DNA of 64,000 nucleotides. Origin: Octopus bimaculoides. Its lineage: Eukaryota. The notes under the pieces were generated by a model. It was not told the origin of the DNA and did not search any database. It saw nothing but the letters and a program-made list of their open reading frames with translations. Positions 25,222 to 38,719 of the stretch are shown here, piece by piece (the stretch's first letter is position 1; every line of letters begins with the position of its first letter). The DNA is taken from assembly GCF_001194135.2 (NCBI RefSeq), contig NC_068992.1:22503023-22567022 (forward strand), written 5' to 3'. A program made the position numbers and the translations under genes.

Positions 25222-26775
25222 TAATATATTATAATATAATATAGAATGTGTTATAAATATGATACATACTATTTATATGTGTGTGCATCTACCACCTGTG
25301 TCATCACTGGTTGGTATAAATTACAGTAGAGTGAAAATAGTAAGCCAATCTGTTAGGTGTACTTATACTATTGAGTATATAATATATGATTTTGCCTTAC
25401 AGCATCGACAATATTTCTTAATGATTGAGCAAGGGAGAACTTTATATCTTGACCTATTTGTTTGTTGCTTTTATTGTAAACGATATAAAGTTCTCGTCAG
25501 TAGCTTTAGCAAATTTATCCAGCAAAAGCTTTGATAAAAATAATATTTGTATAGTATAAAACTTTGATTTCCATTTCCCATGATATTCTCTTGCCAGGAC
25601 ATATAACGTTTGTGTAAAATCTTAAATAAATATTCACGTTGCTGAAAGTGTGTATATTAATGATAAAGAGAAATTGTTCGGCCAGTATTCTTGGCCTCAT
25701 TTTTCTCAGTAACACAGGCATAATGGAAGAAATTAATATCTATTAATCTGCTTAATATGACAATGAAAATTCTCCTATTTAAAATCTAACTTTGTTTCAG
25801 TTGCAAATATAAGATCAGTATAAGATTAAGATGGTTTTATATTGATAAGAACACTAGAATATTCATAAGAAAATTGATAATTCTTTAGTCAGCAAAAGTT
25901 TTAATCATTGATCAAATCAAACAAATCTAACGAAAAATATTCAGATTTCAAATCAAATAGATAATGACCATTCCGACATAGAAATAAAACTTTGGTATCC
26001 TATCGTAGATTGATAATAACGGTAAATTTCCTTTTCATAGCAAATATCTATACAGAAATAATTAAAAGCCGGAATTTTTGAATAAAGAATAATAATATTT
26101 TCTTCAAATTATGTCAATATATTGCTTTGTTGCAATATTAAAAATATTGGACATCATTTCTTAATTTACTCTAACTCAAAATAACACACATATAACATTT
26201 TATTATATTCTCCTTTATTGGACAAAAAATATACCTTTCGTGTTTGTATATTATATGAAAATGAATTTTATATTTATAAAAAATCTTTCAATTTACAGAA
26301 ACTATAAACAAAAATATAAACAATAATCTAGCAAGAAAATATATAATAAAGTCTGCTATATTTCAACATTAGGGTTTATTAAAACTTACTAAATATTATA
26401 ACCAAATTAACTATCAATATGCTTTTGAAGTTTTTATGATACTTTTGAAAAGAAATTAAATTCAGTTTATATTATGTTCTTTTAAAAATATATTTAAAAT
26501 AAATATTTCTATTCACTATCCATGCTTTCAAAGTTAAAACTTATAATTTTCTTCAAAGAAAAATCAACTATATATTTTAACAAGCTGTTTCATCTAAGCG
26601 AGAACATATTTTCTTGTTTACATAACCAATGCTAGCTATCAGGCCAGAGTATGTATTTCTCCAAATAGAAATTATTATTATTTTCTTTCTTGGTTTAAAA
26701 GAAATTTTAACTGTGACGAATTTTATCAAAATACGTTGGTGTTTGTTTATTTTCCGCCTACCTACACTTATATAG

Positions 26776-27062
26776 TTTATCTTGTGCTTCTGGTAAATTG
26801 AACCACAAAAGATTTAGCAATATTCAAGATCTCTTGCAGTGGTTCAAAGAGCAGTATCACTTTGCTTACGTTGAAAGATCTGACAGCAGCATTTTACCTT
26901 TTAAGAACATCATCATCAGGTATTTAGTGAAAACTGATGTCAAGTTTAAACAACCCGAGTCAGCGAAGGGACCCGCTATGCAATTACTTCCTATTCTGGA
27001 AACAATAGTCAAACACCTTCCCAACCACATGTATCCTATTTACAATGAAACAATTTATTTGG
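26776..27062 (+). CDS. candidate coding exon, unknown product
   Basis: AG acceptor at 26774-26775; open frame LSCASGKLNHKRFSNIQDLLQWFKEQYHFAYVERSDSSILPFKNIIIRYLVKTDV..NETIYL; possible donors CAG|GTATTT (after 26919) or TGG|GTAATG (after 27062). Family not recognised. Confidence 0.3.
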
Positions 27063-27570
27063 GTAATGTCCTTCGAGATGGCTTACGATCAAGCAAAAGA
27101 AGTAGGATGTCATGAATTTGAAGTTTTCGTAATAGGTCTGCCTGACTATGTTTGACTTGGGTTTAAATAACAACAAAATCTACAATGAAAACTAGTTACT
27201 GTGCAACAAATTTTCGTTTTCGGACGGTGGCAATCTCACCCAATTTTCACTCATATTAGTCAGTAATTGAGAAATTACATGAAAATACATATTAACAGCA
27301 CAAACACACACAAAACTTGTCAATACCTCTTAATCAATTATTATTTGGCCTCAAAAGTTTTGTTACATCAACTCCGATGTTTGGTGTTTATGATACAGTT
27401 TGACCACAGTTAGTGCGATGAAACTCTTGGCACCAAATAAATGTCTAAGTAAAGTTAGCTGCTTTGGTATGTTTTTTGAATTAGTAAATGAGCCTTCTAC
27501 ACTACAATTGTTTTAGTTTCAAAACATATTTCAAATAAAAATCACTTGCCACATAAACATATTCTTTCAG

Positions 27571-27725
27571 GTGCTTCAATCTAAAGGCTGTGATCTTGCT
27601 GGTGCACCGCCAGTATCCGAAATACTCAATAATACTTTATCCAATATATAATTCATCAATTTTTTCGACAGCTGCATGTACCTTGAAAAACAGAAAGTTG
27701 CAAATTCTTAAAGGTTCAGAACACC
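27571..27725 (+). CDS. candidate exon, unknown product
   Basis: ATTCTTTCAG acceptor and ACC|GTAAGT donor bracket a stop-free frame (CFNLKAVILLVHRQYPKYSIILYPIY..KGSEH) whose phase fits the donor after 26919. Confidence 0.25.
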
Positions 27726-27908
27726 GTAAGTTCGCCTGCCATCGGAGCGGTAGCGGAAGATAAATACTTTTATACTTGGTGGAGTCTGCTTCTAAATATC
27801 TACGTTTTTAGCAGTACTAGAGATCGTATGTCAACTGTTCACAGAAGAGTTGCTATTCTGATACCTTAGTAAGTAAGTCAGTTCTGATATATGATAACAA
27901 TGATAATG

Positions 27909-27952
<44 letters not shown>

Positions 27953-28344
27953 CCACCGATGAAATTTATGAATATTTGAATGTATCACTACGCGCGTTTC
28001 CACGAATCAGCATATTTCTTGACATCATAGTCCGTATTCCTGGGATGATTACACGACAGTCTGTAGTATCCATGGAGAGCGGGGGAGGGCATTATATTCA
28101 TGCTTTCATTTCGTCGGGCGATATGGCATTAACGTTGGAAGCAGGAGATGTATAACTGAGGGTTGTTTATCAATTTTGACCAATGAAAAGATTGATTGGA
28201 GTATGTGGGCAATTATGTACGTATCTGGAGGGATGGAATATAAGGTGACGGAAAGAAAGGAATGATAGTTAAAAAGAGAGAGAGGTATGTGTGGTGATGC
28301 TAGACTTATTTTGATATTTGAGTATGCTGATGTCAGGATGCATA

Positions 28345-28435
28345 GTATAGCTCATTGATCCGGTCTGTTATGCTCTAGCACCTGATCTGTTTGGATATTG
28401 CTAGTCTCAGACTCTGCTACTCTCTCAGATATCTT
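28345..28435 (-). mobile_element. short R4/Dong-like LINE fragment
   Basis: Minus frame ERVAESET..NIQTDQVLEHNRPD; the DNA CTGTTATGCTCTAGCACCTGATCTGT nearly matches 37011-37036. Confidence 0.7.
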
Positions 28436-31400
28436 TGAAACGATCAAGTGAGAAAAAAATAATTAAATAAGTATATTCTGTTCAGCATATCTTTTTCATT
28501 GTCCTGAATTTAAAATCCAAAATACTAATCTCGATATGATTAATTTAGAAGTCATTATCAATGACAGGCTGCCTGGACAGACGATATGTTTCCTATCATT
28601 TACTTAAAGATCATTTCATAAGTTGTAGGGGATATCTAGATCTATTTATTCTACAATTAACAATTCATAAAACGTTGTGATAGAATGCATTATGGTCATT
28701 TAGGTTTTTTTAATATTGTTTCAATGAGTGTCAAGCTTTATTTCGGCTTTGTTCACTATCATTCATATACAATCAGCAGTGCTATAACACTTCGTTACCA
28801 CTGTAATATTTTTCTGAAAGCCACTTATATCATTCTATTGTTCAGTCGATTGTCACTCTCATCGTATTCTCTTTCCAACTTAACAATATCAACTTTATAT
28901 TATTGTAATGTCAGCTTATTATACCTAGCTTTATAATCATTCTATATTCTGATATAACGAAATGTTAATACACGCCACTGAAAGATACAAATCCGTCTTA
29001 GCTGTCATGATGGAATTATGCTAAAGAAAATTATCTCAGCTAGTTAGCGGTTATTTCACTAAAATCTCTTAAGAACAACACCTTGAAATGTTTAAATGCC
29101 TTCATCTATAATTTTAGTTATTGTTCAGTGATTTTTTTATTGGATAAATATCTGTTCATTGAATAACATGAGTGCACTTTACTATCAGTAAATCAGTTGT
29201 AACCCACCTCATGTGTAAAGCTATAACGGCTTATTGTAGTAAACTCTGCAAGGTCTATTTGGACAGTGCTACTCCATCTATTTATGATATTGTCAGCTGG
29301 TTCATTTATTCTCTTTAAACGTTCTAGTATATTTGACAATACAGACTTTCTTGTGGTTATGTGCAAATGACCTTGAAGAATTATATATCTGTTCGCACGT
29401 TATATGTGTGTGTAGATATCTGTGTGAATGTATGAATACGCAATATATATGTATATATGTATGTAATATGTGTGTATGAAATTGAAAAGATAACTCCATC
29501 CCAATGTCAATCGATATCATTTATTGTGTTTAGTTTAAATGATATCGATCAGTTCGTTATTATATAGTAAAATTATAATATAAAATGAGGTAGTTGTTCA
29601 TAGATATCGGAATGCCAATAAATTATAAACCAAGATAGCTAAAAGAGGCATTATTATGAAACCGATCGGAATATACACGATATTAGAAATAAAGGTATAT
29701 CTTTTTAATTATACTTGTGTTTTTTACTTCATTTTGCTTTTTTTATTTAGAGATTGGTTGGTGATCCCCCGTCTCTTCATTGGTTGTTTATATTTTTTTT
29801 GTCATTTGGCGTTTGTATTTCTTACAATAATAGGTTAGTGGGTTTGATATTAATATGGTTGGTGACAGAGCATTTTTACTTGTATGTGAGCATGCATGTA
29901 ATGATTTAAATGGACGTTTTGAGAAAGGATGTTTATGGAGGGATTATTTCCGAAAGTAAATAAAAGCATTTCTATTAGCTATATCTCTATGAGTGGTAAT
30001 TTTCATGGCTGAATGATATATGCCCCAATAAAATCTTGGATGTGTAGTTTCTCACCTTCATCCCCCTATTTGTAATTTAATATCTGTGACCGGACTAATT
30101 TAATGGTTTTTTTTTCTTTCTTAAGCATTTAGGATGTGGTGTGAGGGAGATAGGTTTGTTTTTACTTACTGGTTGAGAAATCACTTTCCTGCTTCTTTAG
30201 TTGCACACTACTTACATAATTTTCATTCTTTTCTGTCTGTAAACAATATTGATATTCTTGACGATTATACTTCTACAAATTCAGTTAACATGCTTGAAAT
30301 CGACACTGAATATCCTTCAAACCAACCCTCAGCTGTGATTATCTCGTGTCTAAGCTTGGTTATGGTTAGATAACATTTACTCATAAGATTGCTCGATCAG
30401 AAGCGATGTGGAGCAAATTTACCACCGCAAAAAAACATGTTTAGTTGACTAACTGATTTGACATCAATATGAATGAAATTATATATTATAATACGTTATT
30501 CTCCTAAATTTCTTCGCCCATTATTCTTGAAGTGAAGTTCAAACAAAGCTCTTCAAAATAAAACTGTTTATAATTGCACCGTGTGAATCTCCTTAATTAT
30601 ATTTTTTCTGTCCAACCGAAAGTTGAACACGAGATAAGTATTATATCAAAATTACAAATATCGATGTGTTTACATCGCTGTCATCTTTATCATTCATACA
30701 TACAAAACTAATTGTTCCCTTATCAGAAGGGAAATACATCTGCTGCGGGCACAATCAGCTTCCTAGAAGTATGTATCGTATAAAAGATCGCTTTTATGTG
30801 ACGAATCTAGAAAAGAAGTGAATATTCAAATGTTTCTTACTGCGCTGATCAGTACGTCGTTCACTTGGAATTATTTTGAATGGGGAGGAAAAATGGTATA
30901 TATCGACATATACTAGAAGCAAAGATATATTTAATACTATATTTATTAAAACAATTTGGTTGCACATACATAAAATCACGAAACCTCATCCCAGATTCTG
31001 TGTATTGCCTCTGAGTGTGGTTGTCACATGATTCAAATATGAAGTAATTAGCTAGTAATTTGTACATCTTAGAAGCAACGGTTAAGTTTTTAGAAAGTAT
31101 CTAATCTCGACTCAACTCGTTATGCACTCATCATTTATTTAGAAAGTTTTCACTGAACAATTTAAACACGAACTAACTTCTGAACCAGTACATTTTTCTC
31201 TCTTAACATTCTACCTCAATGATGAAAAAAAAAAAAAAAAAGCAAACGTCTTTAGAGTTCATTTGTTTTGCAGTAAATATTACTGAAAAAGATTCTATTC
31301 GATGATATCCTGAAAAGTACAATCTCTAGAGACTAACATATAATGTTGTGTAGTTATCACATATAACAGGGACATTTTCATATTAATATTGCAATAAAAT

Positions 31401-34056
31401 TTGAACTTCCTAAGAAATATTTTCAATTGCCTTAAGCTGATAGACTTGTGATATTATTTCCTCTTATCAGTTGTAGAATATACTCCCAAAGCAATTGCAA
31501 ATATGTATATCTCTAATGTTTCATATTTATCTAGGTTTTTTTCCCCCATCTATTTCATAAACTTACAATTAACATAAAAAAATAACCAAGTATAAGATCA
31601 GGCTCAGAGCGGCAAGTTTTTAATAGGCAACTTACTCCTCTAAGTCTGTACACATTGATCTAAAACTCTAAATAGATGAAAAATAACAAAAACAAAACAA
31701 AAATGGAAGACATCTTTCGATTTGCAATTCAAATTCTGGAACTGAACGAATAATATATTTCTCACACGTAGCCAACCAACTTCATAGAGTAATAAAATTT
31801 GTGTTCAATTTATATTTTTGTAATGTTTAAATATTGTATGAACAAAGTAGAAATTGAAATTTATTCTATAAACAAACATATTAAGTTCTAAATAATAAAT
31901 ACTATTGTTTCAATAGAATATTAATCCAGCACTAACATTAATATTCGCAATAAAGACTACGAACGACAGGCTGTAGTGTAGATATTATATTAGCATCATA
32001 GCCAAATCACTGAAGGATGCGTATGTAACAAAGACAGTTAGACAGAAGAACAATTACGGCATTCCTACACCTGACTAGCTCTGATTATATGATCCTGGTA
32101 CATAATTATTAGTGATGAGGAAACGGTTGTAATGCCTGTAATGAATATCCTATCATCGTATCTGAAAGTTCATAAGCAAAAAGAAAAAAAAAAACAGGAA
32201 AAAAACAGAAAGAGTCAGTTGGACTTATACATTGAGTATATTAGATTGACGTTCGTTGAAATTTTTCATCGAAGATTATGTATAGAAATTAGAGGTTTCT
32301 TGCACGGCCCTTCATCAGATGCTGGAAGAAAGTTCGGAGAAGGGAAAAGAGGGGGATAGTCCGGGGTAGACGCTTATGTGTTGCTACAACACCAAACAAT
32401 AACTACGCGATCTTCTTTATCAGTTTCCAACAAAAAATTATATAGCCTTAAATATTTTGAAAAGAAATGAGTGTTACCTGGGTATAGATATTATCTGATA
32501 TCTTCTACTAAAACAATTTTTACCAAAATTATCAGACAATCGATTGTCATTACGCGTTCGTCACTATATGTATATATATANNNNNNNNNNNNNNNNNNNN
32601 NNNNNNNNNNNNNNNNNNNNNNNNNNNNNNNNNNNNNNNNNNNNNNNNNNNNNNNNNNNNNNNNNNNNNNNNNNNNNNNNNNNNNNNNNNNNNNNNNNNN
32701 NNNNNNNNNNNNNNNNNNNNNNNNNNNNNNNNNNNNNNNNNNNNNNNNNNNNNNNNNNNNNNNNNNNNNNNNNNNNNNNNNNNNNNNNNNNNNNNNNNNN
32801 NNNNNNNNNNNNNNNNNNNNNNNNNNNNNNNNNNNNNNNNNNNNNNNNNNNNNNNNNNNNNNNNNNNNNNNNNNNNNNNNNNNNNNNNNNNNNNNNNNNN
32901 NNNNNNNNNNNNNNNNNNNNNNNNNNNNNNNNNNNNNNNNNNNNNNNNNNNNNNNNNNNNNNNNNNNNNNNNNNNNNNNNNNNNNNNNNNNNNNNNNNNN
33001 NNNNNNNNNNNNNNNNNNNNNNNNNNNNNNNNNNNNNNNNNNNNNNNNNNNNNNNNNNNNNNNNNNNNNNNNNNNNNNATATTTGTATATTTATATATAT
33101 ATATATATATACAGTGACGAACGAGTAATGATACTCGATTGTCATATATATATATAATACTTAGCTATTCATAATTTTACACCTTTGTCTGGAACGAAGA
33201 GAAAAAACTCACTATGTTCTTATTAGGTAAAAGTCTATTTCAGATACCAATAAACTAATCTTAGTTTTCAAAAGCTGTAAAATCCAACGGTTCACTTTAC
33301 CATTCTTGGAATATTTATAAACATCTACTACACTACATAGTTCAAGCGCAAGTTTCTATTAAAAGGAATAAATATCTTCTTAACTAGATTGATAGACTCT
33401 GCTATATCTTTCGATTTATAATGACTTTTAAGAGAACGACTTCAAGATAGTATTGCGTAGTCAAAGTTACTGTTCATATTTCCTTCAATTTTCGTTTTAT
33501 AACACTGTTCACACCTTCAGCATCCCAACCGCCAGCCTATTATTTCTACAAATAAGAATACCATCGCTTTGTGTTCAGTGAATCACAAGAAATCATGGAG
33601 TCGGGATGAAAATCAAAAATAATCTACAGCAAATATTATTGTTGGCGTCAAATGACACTGATTCATCTACATTCTCTTACAGAGATATGTATATTAGACT
33701 GCACAGAAATAATGATGCCTGAGGATATAATGGAATTAAGTGTAGGATAATTGACCAGACAGAGTGATCAAGCACTGGCCCACAGAATCAGCGAGGTTGC
33801 AGCCATTCCCAATGAGCACTTTAATGTTGAATTTACCCAACTTTCTTGGCGCCTGCAGTAACAAATATGATTGCAGAATTACAAACACAATTGTGCTGCT
33901 TCATAGAGTTCAGGTCAGTTTCCAAACCTCTTCAGTATAGAAGAGATAATTAAAAAAAAAGCAAAACAACACTACAGCAACAAGAAAACAACAAAAGTGA
34001 CAACAACAGTGCATATATATATATGTATATATATATATGTACATATATATGCATGT

Positions 34057-34098
<42 letters not shown>

Positions 34099-35426
34099 GT
34101 ATATGCATATAAGTGTGTGTGCGTGCGTACATATATGTGTGTATGAATATGTATACATATATATGCATATATATATATATATATATATATATCCTTGATG
34201 GCGAGGATGAAAGAGAAGATAAGACAGAAAAGAAGAAAGCAAACCGAAAGCACGTATATGGAAATGTGTCTACAAAAACTAAGGAAACAAGCACACATTT
34301 AATGTCACGAGTGCTAAATATTGAAGAATTCTCAACAATTCCTTTGAACAGCAACATTTATATTCTTGGTCAGTTGAGGGGATAATTAGATATTAAGGCA
34401 CTCATTAACAACGGTAGAAAAGTATGGTTTGTGCTTTAATAATTCATCAATTGAGAAGTAAGAAGAAGAGGCCAAGTAATACATTCTTTGATTTGGTGTC
34501 GATGGGAGTTCTTTGTTTCACTTTGGTGTCTGCAGGACTGCAGTCGTTCTGTTGATGGAATTTTATACAAATTATTGTTTATCTGATTATATAGCAAAAT
34601 ATCGCAATAGTAGAAACTGCATTGTTTGTGATCCATACATAGTTCAGTTTGAATGAGAAACAGGCAAACAAATATTTTAATATCATATACGTTCATACAC
34701 AGCCTGTCTATATTTCACACCCTCTACCCGCTCTCTTTCTATATATATGGGCGCGCGTGAATGTGTTCGTATATGAATATGTATGTATGTATGTGTGAGT
34801 GTATATATATATATACGCACACATATAGACATACATTTATGTAATTTTTACAAACATGCAAATGTTTCTCTCAATTTCTTCTCTCTCTCCCTCTCCTTAT
34901 CTATCACTGTATATATCTGTGCGTGTGTGCACCCCCCCACACGCAGTCTCATTGACATATACATACATAAATGTTGATGCATATAAATGTATGTGGGTGT
35001 GTATATAATAATGATATACATAGATATCCCCATATATGGTATGCGTGAGTATTTGTGTGTATGTGTGTGTCTGTATAATAAACATATACATGAATACCCT
35101 CATGTATGTATGAGCATGTGCCTGCGTGCGTGTGTGTGAGTGTGTGTGTGAGTGTGAGTGTGTGTGTGTGTGAGTGTGTGTGTGAATGTGTGTGTGTGTG
35201 TGAGTGTGTGTGTGTGTGAGTGTGTGTGAGTGCGTGTGTGTGTGTGTGTGTCTGTCATTCTGCAACATAATTGATTTACACATAAATGAATGGCGCCAGA
35301 AGAAATCATCTTAGAAATCACTAATCTCTTGTATGTATGTATGTATGTATGTATGCATGTATGTATGAATGGTTCTACATGTTTATGTATATATACATAT
35401 GTGTGTATGTGTAAACATTCATATGC

Positions 35427-35466
<40 letters not shown>

Positions 35467-35966
35467 NNNNNNNNNNNNNNNNNNNNNNNNNNNNNNNNNN
35501 NNNNNNNNNNNNNNNNNNNNNNNNNNNNNNNNNNNNNNNNNNNNNNNNNNNNNNNNNNNNNNNNNNNNNNNNNNNNNNNNNNNNNNNNNNNNNNNNNNNN
35601 NNNNNNNNNNNNNNNNNNNNNNNNNNNNNTATATATATATATACGTAAGAGGTTAAGAAGAGATGATGATTACGATCATCATAGTGATGATCGTCTTCCT
35701 TCTCCTCTTCCTCATACTCATCATCATCGTGCTGTAATTTATTTTATGAATATTCTTTTTTTATTATTTATTTGTATTGATGTTATCGTATAATTTCATT
35801 GTTGATATTATTATTGCAGCTGCTGGGTTGGTTTTTGTAGTAATTGTTGATGTCAAAGTTGATGCTTTAGCTCAAATTGTAAGGCAAGGGACTGGAAACT
35901 TCGTAGCATAAATTTTAGGAGATAACAACTTTGAGATCATTTAAGTTTTCCATGCATTTTGTCAGT

Positions 35967-36524
35967 TTATTATTAATTTTATTGAGTGATAGAATGTTGC
36001 ATGACATCAAAGTGACACTAGGGTAAAATATATGAAGCCCAGCATACCCATCATCACTACCCGTTTGATAAGGGTACACCAGGCCCGTGCATCACAACCA
36101 TATGTGCGCGACATCATATGAAGATAAACAGCGCATGACCTTGCAATTGGGGCCTAGTTAGAATTTTCGTCAGGTCGAGTAGCCCAACGCATTCAAATGG
36201 TTCTTGAATAAGGGTCGTTTAAGGATGTTGAACGAAATACCCATGTTTCCAAAGATTCAAACTCCAAACATTCCTCTCAACAGATGGCTATGATGCTCCC
36301 CCACGACTTCTGATCGTGATCCGAGATGCACATATCATCAGCCACCAAAGAAGAAGCTCAAATCGTTAAGATCAAACAACTGACAACTATATCTTTGTCA
36401 TTGAGAAGAATATTTGCTGTAGCCCATCTTTTATAGCAAGACAAAACAATGTGCATGATAACACTTCCAATCAGTGAAGATCAGAAGTCAAGAGAGCCAG
36501 TGACTGGTACTGCACCAAGGAATT
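35967..36524 (-). mobile_element. unclassified non-LTR-like interspersed repeat (family C) with (AAT) tail
   Basis: Its 3' end (ACCCTTATCAAACGGGTAG..GTCACTTTGATG..TCACTCAATA) matches the plus-strand copy at 43029-43124; no ORF. Confidence 0.7.
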
Positions 36525-36544
36525 GATGCTCCCCCACTCTTTCC

Positions 36545-36667
36545 TGGTAACTGAGCTAGGTAGGAATCAGCCCCTTTTGCTATCATTCTTAGGACACCTA
36601 TGACAACAGGTATTGTTTTAGTCTTTAGGTTCCACATTTTGCCAATTTCTATTACAAGGTCTTTGTA
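36545..36667 (-). mobile_element. R4/Dong-like LINE C-terminal fragment, variant 2
   Basis: Minus frame KDLVIEIGKMWNLKTKTIPVVIGVLRMIAKGADSYLAQLPG, the post-RLE segment (KYxDL..E..xW....PVVIGALG). Confidence 0.7.
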
Positions 36668-36802
36668 ACAGTTCTACTGGGCACCCTTTTCCAATTTCCA
36701 TCATATTCTTCTTGATACCATATGATACTGTTCCCAAGGCCACGACAATTATTGGCACTATCTTCACCTCCTTCATTTTCCATAGCCGGGCTACTTCGTA
36801 CA

Positions 36803-36872
<70 letters not shown>

Positions 36873-37410
36873 ATCTTTTTGCCTTCCTTTTTGACTATTC
36901 GTGGGTGAAAGATGCATGCAACAACAACTATATAGCATATATAGCTAATGTTGACCTTGTCCGCTACCATTAGGTCCACTACCATTAGGTCCACTACGAT
37001 TAAGTCCGTTCTGTTATACTCTAGCACCTGATCTGTAGGGGTTAGGGAAATTCCATAAGATTTTCTTAGTCTCCGACTCTGCCACTCTTTGCGGTTTGTA
37101 CTCATACCACGTCTTGCATCTCTCTAGCCCGCGCTTTTTGCACAGATTCCAATGGAGCATTTTCGCTACCTTATCGTGTCGCTTCACCTTGTAGTGGTTT
37201 GGGGCCAGTCTAAAGCGTTCATTCGTGATATGGGCAATGGTTTCACCCGCTCTATAGCAGATGCAGAACAGTGAAGAGTGTTACTCATCCCTAAGGTTGA
37301 CTCTCCAGGTTTCTCTCTTGCGCTGCCAGTATAGTGCTCTCGGCATCTTTTTTGGGGGTTTCCTTTCATCAACCAATCCCATCCTCTCACAGGTTCTATT
37401 GGTGAAGTGG
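36661..37410 (-). mobile_element. R4/Dong-like (RLE) LINE 3' region, variant 1
   Basis: GWDWLMKG..ESTILAAQE; decayed CCHC knuckle FCICYRAGETIAHI; KRHDKVAKMLHWNLCKK..WYEYKP..KILWNF; TDQVLEYNRTDLIVVD (RPD nuclease motif); YEVARLWKMKEVKIVPIIVVALGTV. Interrupted by (CTAT)n. Confidence 0.88.
36803..36870. repeat. (CTAT)n microsatellite inside the LINE remnant
   Basis: Directly visible. Confidence 0.95.
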
Positions 37411-37543
37411 CCCCTCTCCACTTAAATACAGGAACTCACCGGGTCATGAGCACGCGCAAGTACACGCGTATTTATCCCGCTTACAAAAGGCCTGTTAATG
37501 GGTGGGGATTGGACCTCACCATGAGGGTCAGGGCGGGGGTGCC

Positions 37544-37975
<432 letters not shown>

Positions 37976-38660
37976 GCGTAGCCTAGTGGTTTGGGCATGA
38001 ATGATGCAATGGATTTAAATCATGTGAAATGTCGGTCTTGTGGCTCCTATTCTTCCTATGCAGGATATTGAACTTGAACCAGTCGACATAATGTGGGGAG
38101 GAATTAAGAGATGGTAAATCCCAATCGGCCTTGAATAGAATAATTTGTCTTCAGAATCATACGGCTTTTCGGTGACACCCTTCAACACACCAGAGAAACA
38201 CTGGTCGACTCTGTTGAGAAACTGAAAACTTACAACACTCGCGTTATCGAATATAGGAAGTGAGCGTGATATAGGAAGGTGTTTGAAGATGCAAAGTGAT
38301 TTGGAGTGAAACAAAAAAGCCTGTTACTTTGTCACTGTCCTCAAATCTGAAAAGAACTTAATTGATAGATAGGTAGATAGATAGATAGAAAAAGAGAGTG
38401 ACAGAGATGGGTAGAGGCGAGAGGTAGGGGAGAGATAGGGGCAGAAAGATATGCACATATTTAAAATCATAAGTAAACACGCGCTCGCNNNNNNNNNNNN
38501 NNNNNNNNNNNNNNNNNNNNNNNNNNNNNNNNNNNNNNNNNNNNNNNNNNNNNNNNNNNNNNNNNNNNNNNNNNNNNNNNNNNNNNNNNNNNNNNNNNNN
38601 NNNNNNNNNNNNNNNNNNNNNNNNNNNNNNNNNNNNNNNNNNNNNNNNNNNNNNNNNNNN

Positions 38661-38719
<59 letters not shown>

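Noticed and set aside
26840-26919. Alternative frame LTLKDLTAAFYLL resembling the pre-M4 motif of ionotropic receptors
   Set aside because: No hydrophobic transmembrane segment follows and the frame stops shortly after.
27812-27868. RRVAILIP resembling beta-1,4-galactosyltransferase HRVAIIIP, with a GTAAGT donor
   Set aside because: An 8-residue match with no supporting neighbouring exons.
27980-28050. GAAACGCGCGUA with a palindromic stem III on the minus strand next to an (ATT)n tract
   Set aside because: The CUGANGA core and stem I cannot be placed; too decayed to call.
32290-32325. CUGAUGA...GAAAC on the minus strand (CAGCAUCUGAUGAAGGGCCGUGCAAGAAACCUC)
   Set aside because: No pairable stem II, stem III or stem I; at most a deleted Penelope-type hammerhead remnant.
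34534-34655. LLMEFYTNYCLSDYI resembling kinase subdomain V
   Set aside because: Isolated, ends in a stop with no donor, and no other kinase motifs were found in the window.
37980-38320. Possible further LINE fragment
   Set aside because: No motif could be assigned with confidence in any frame.
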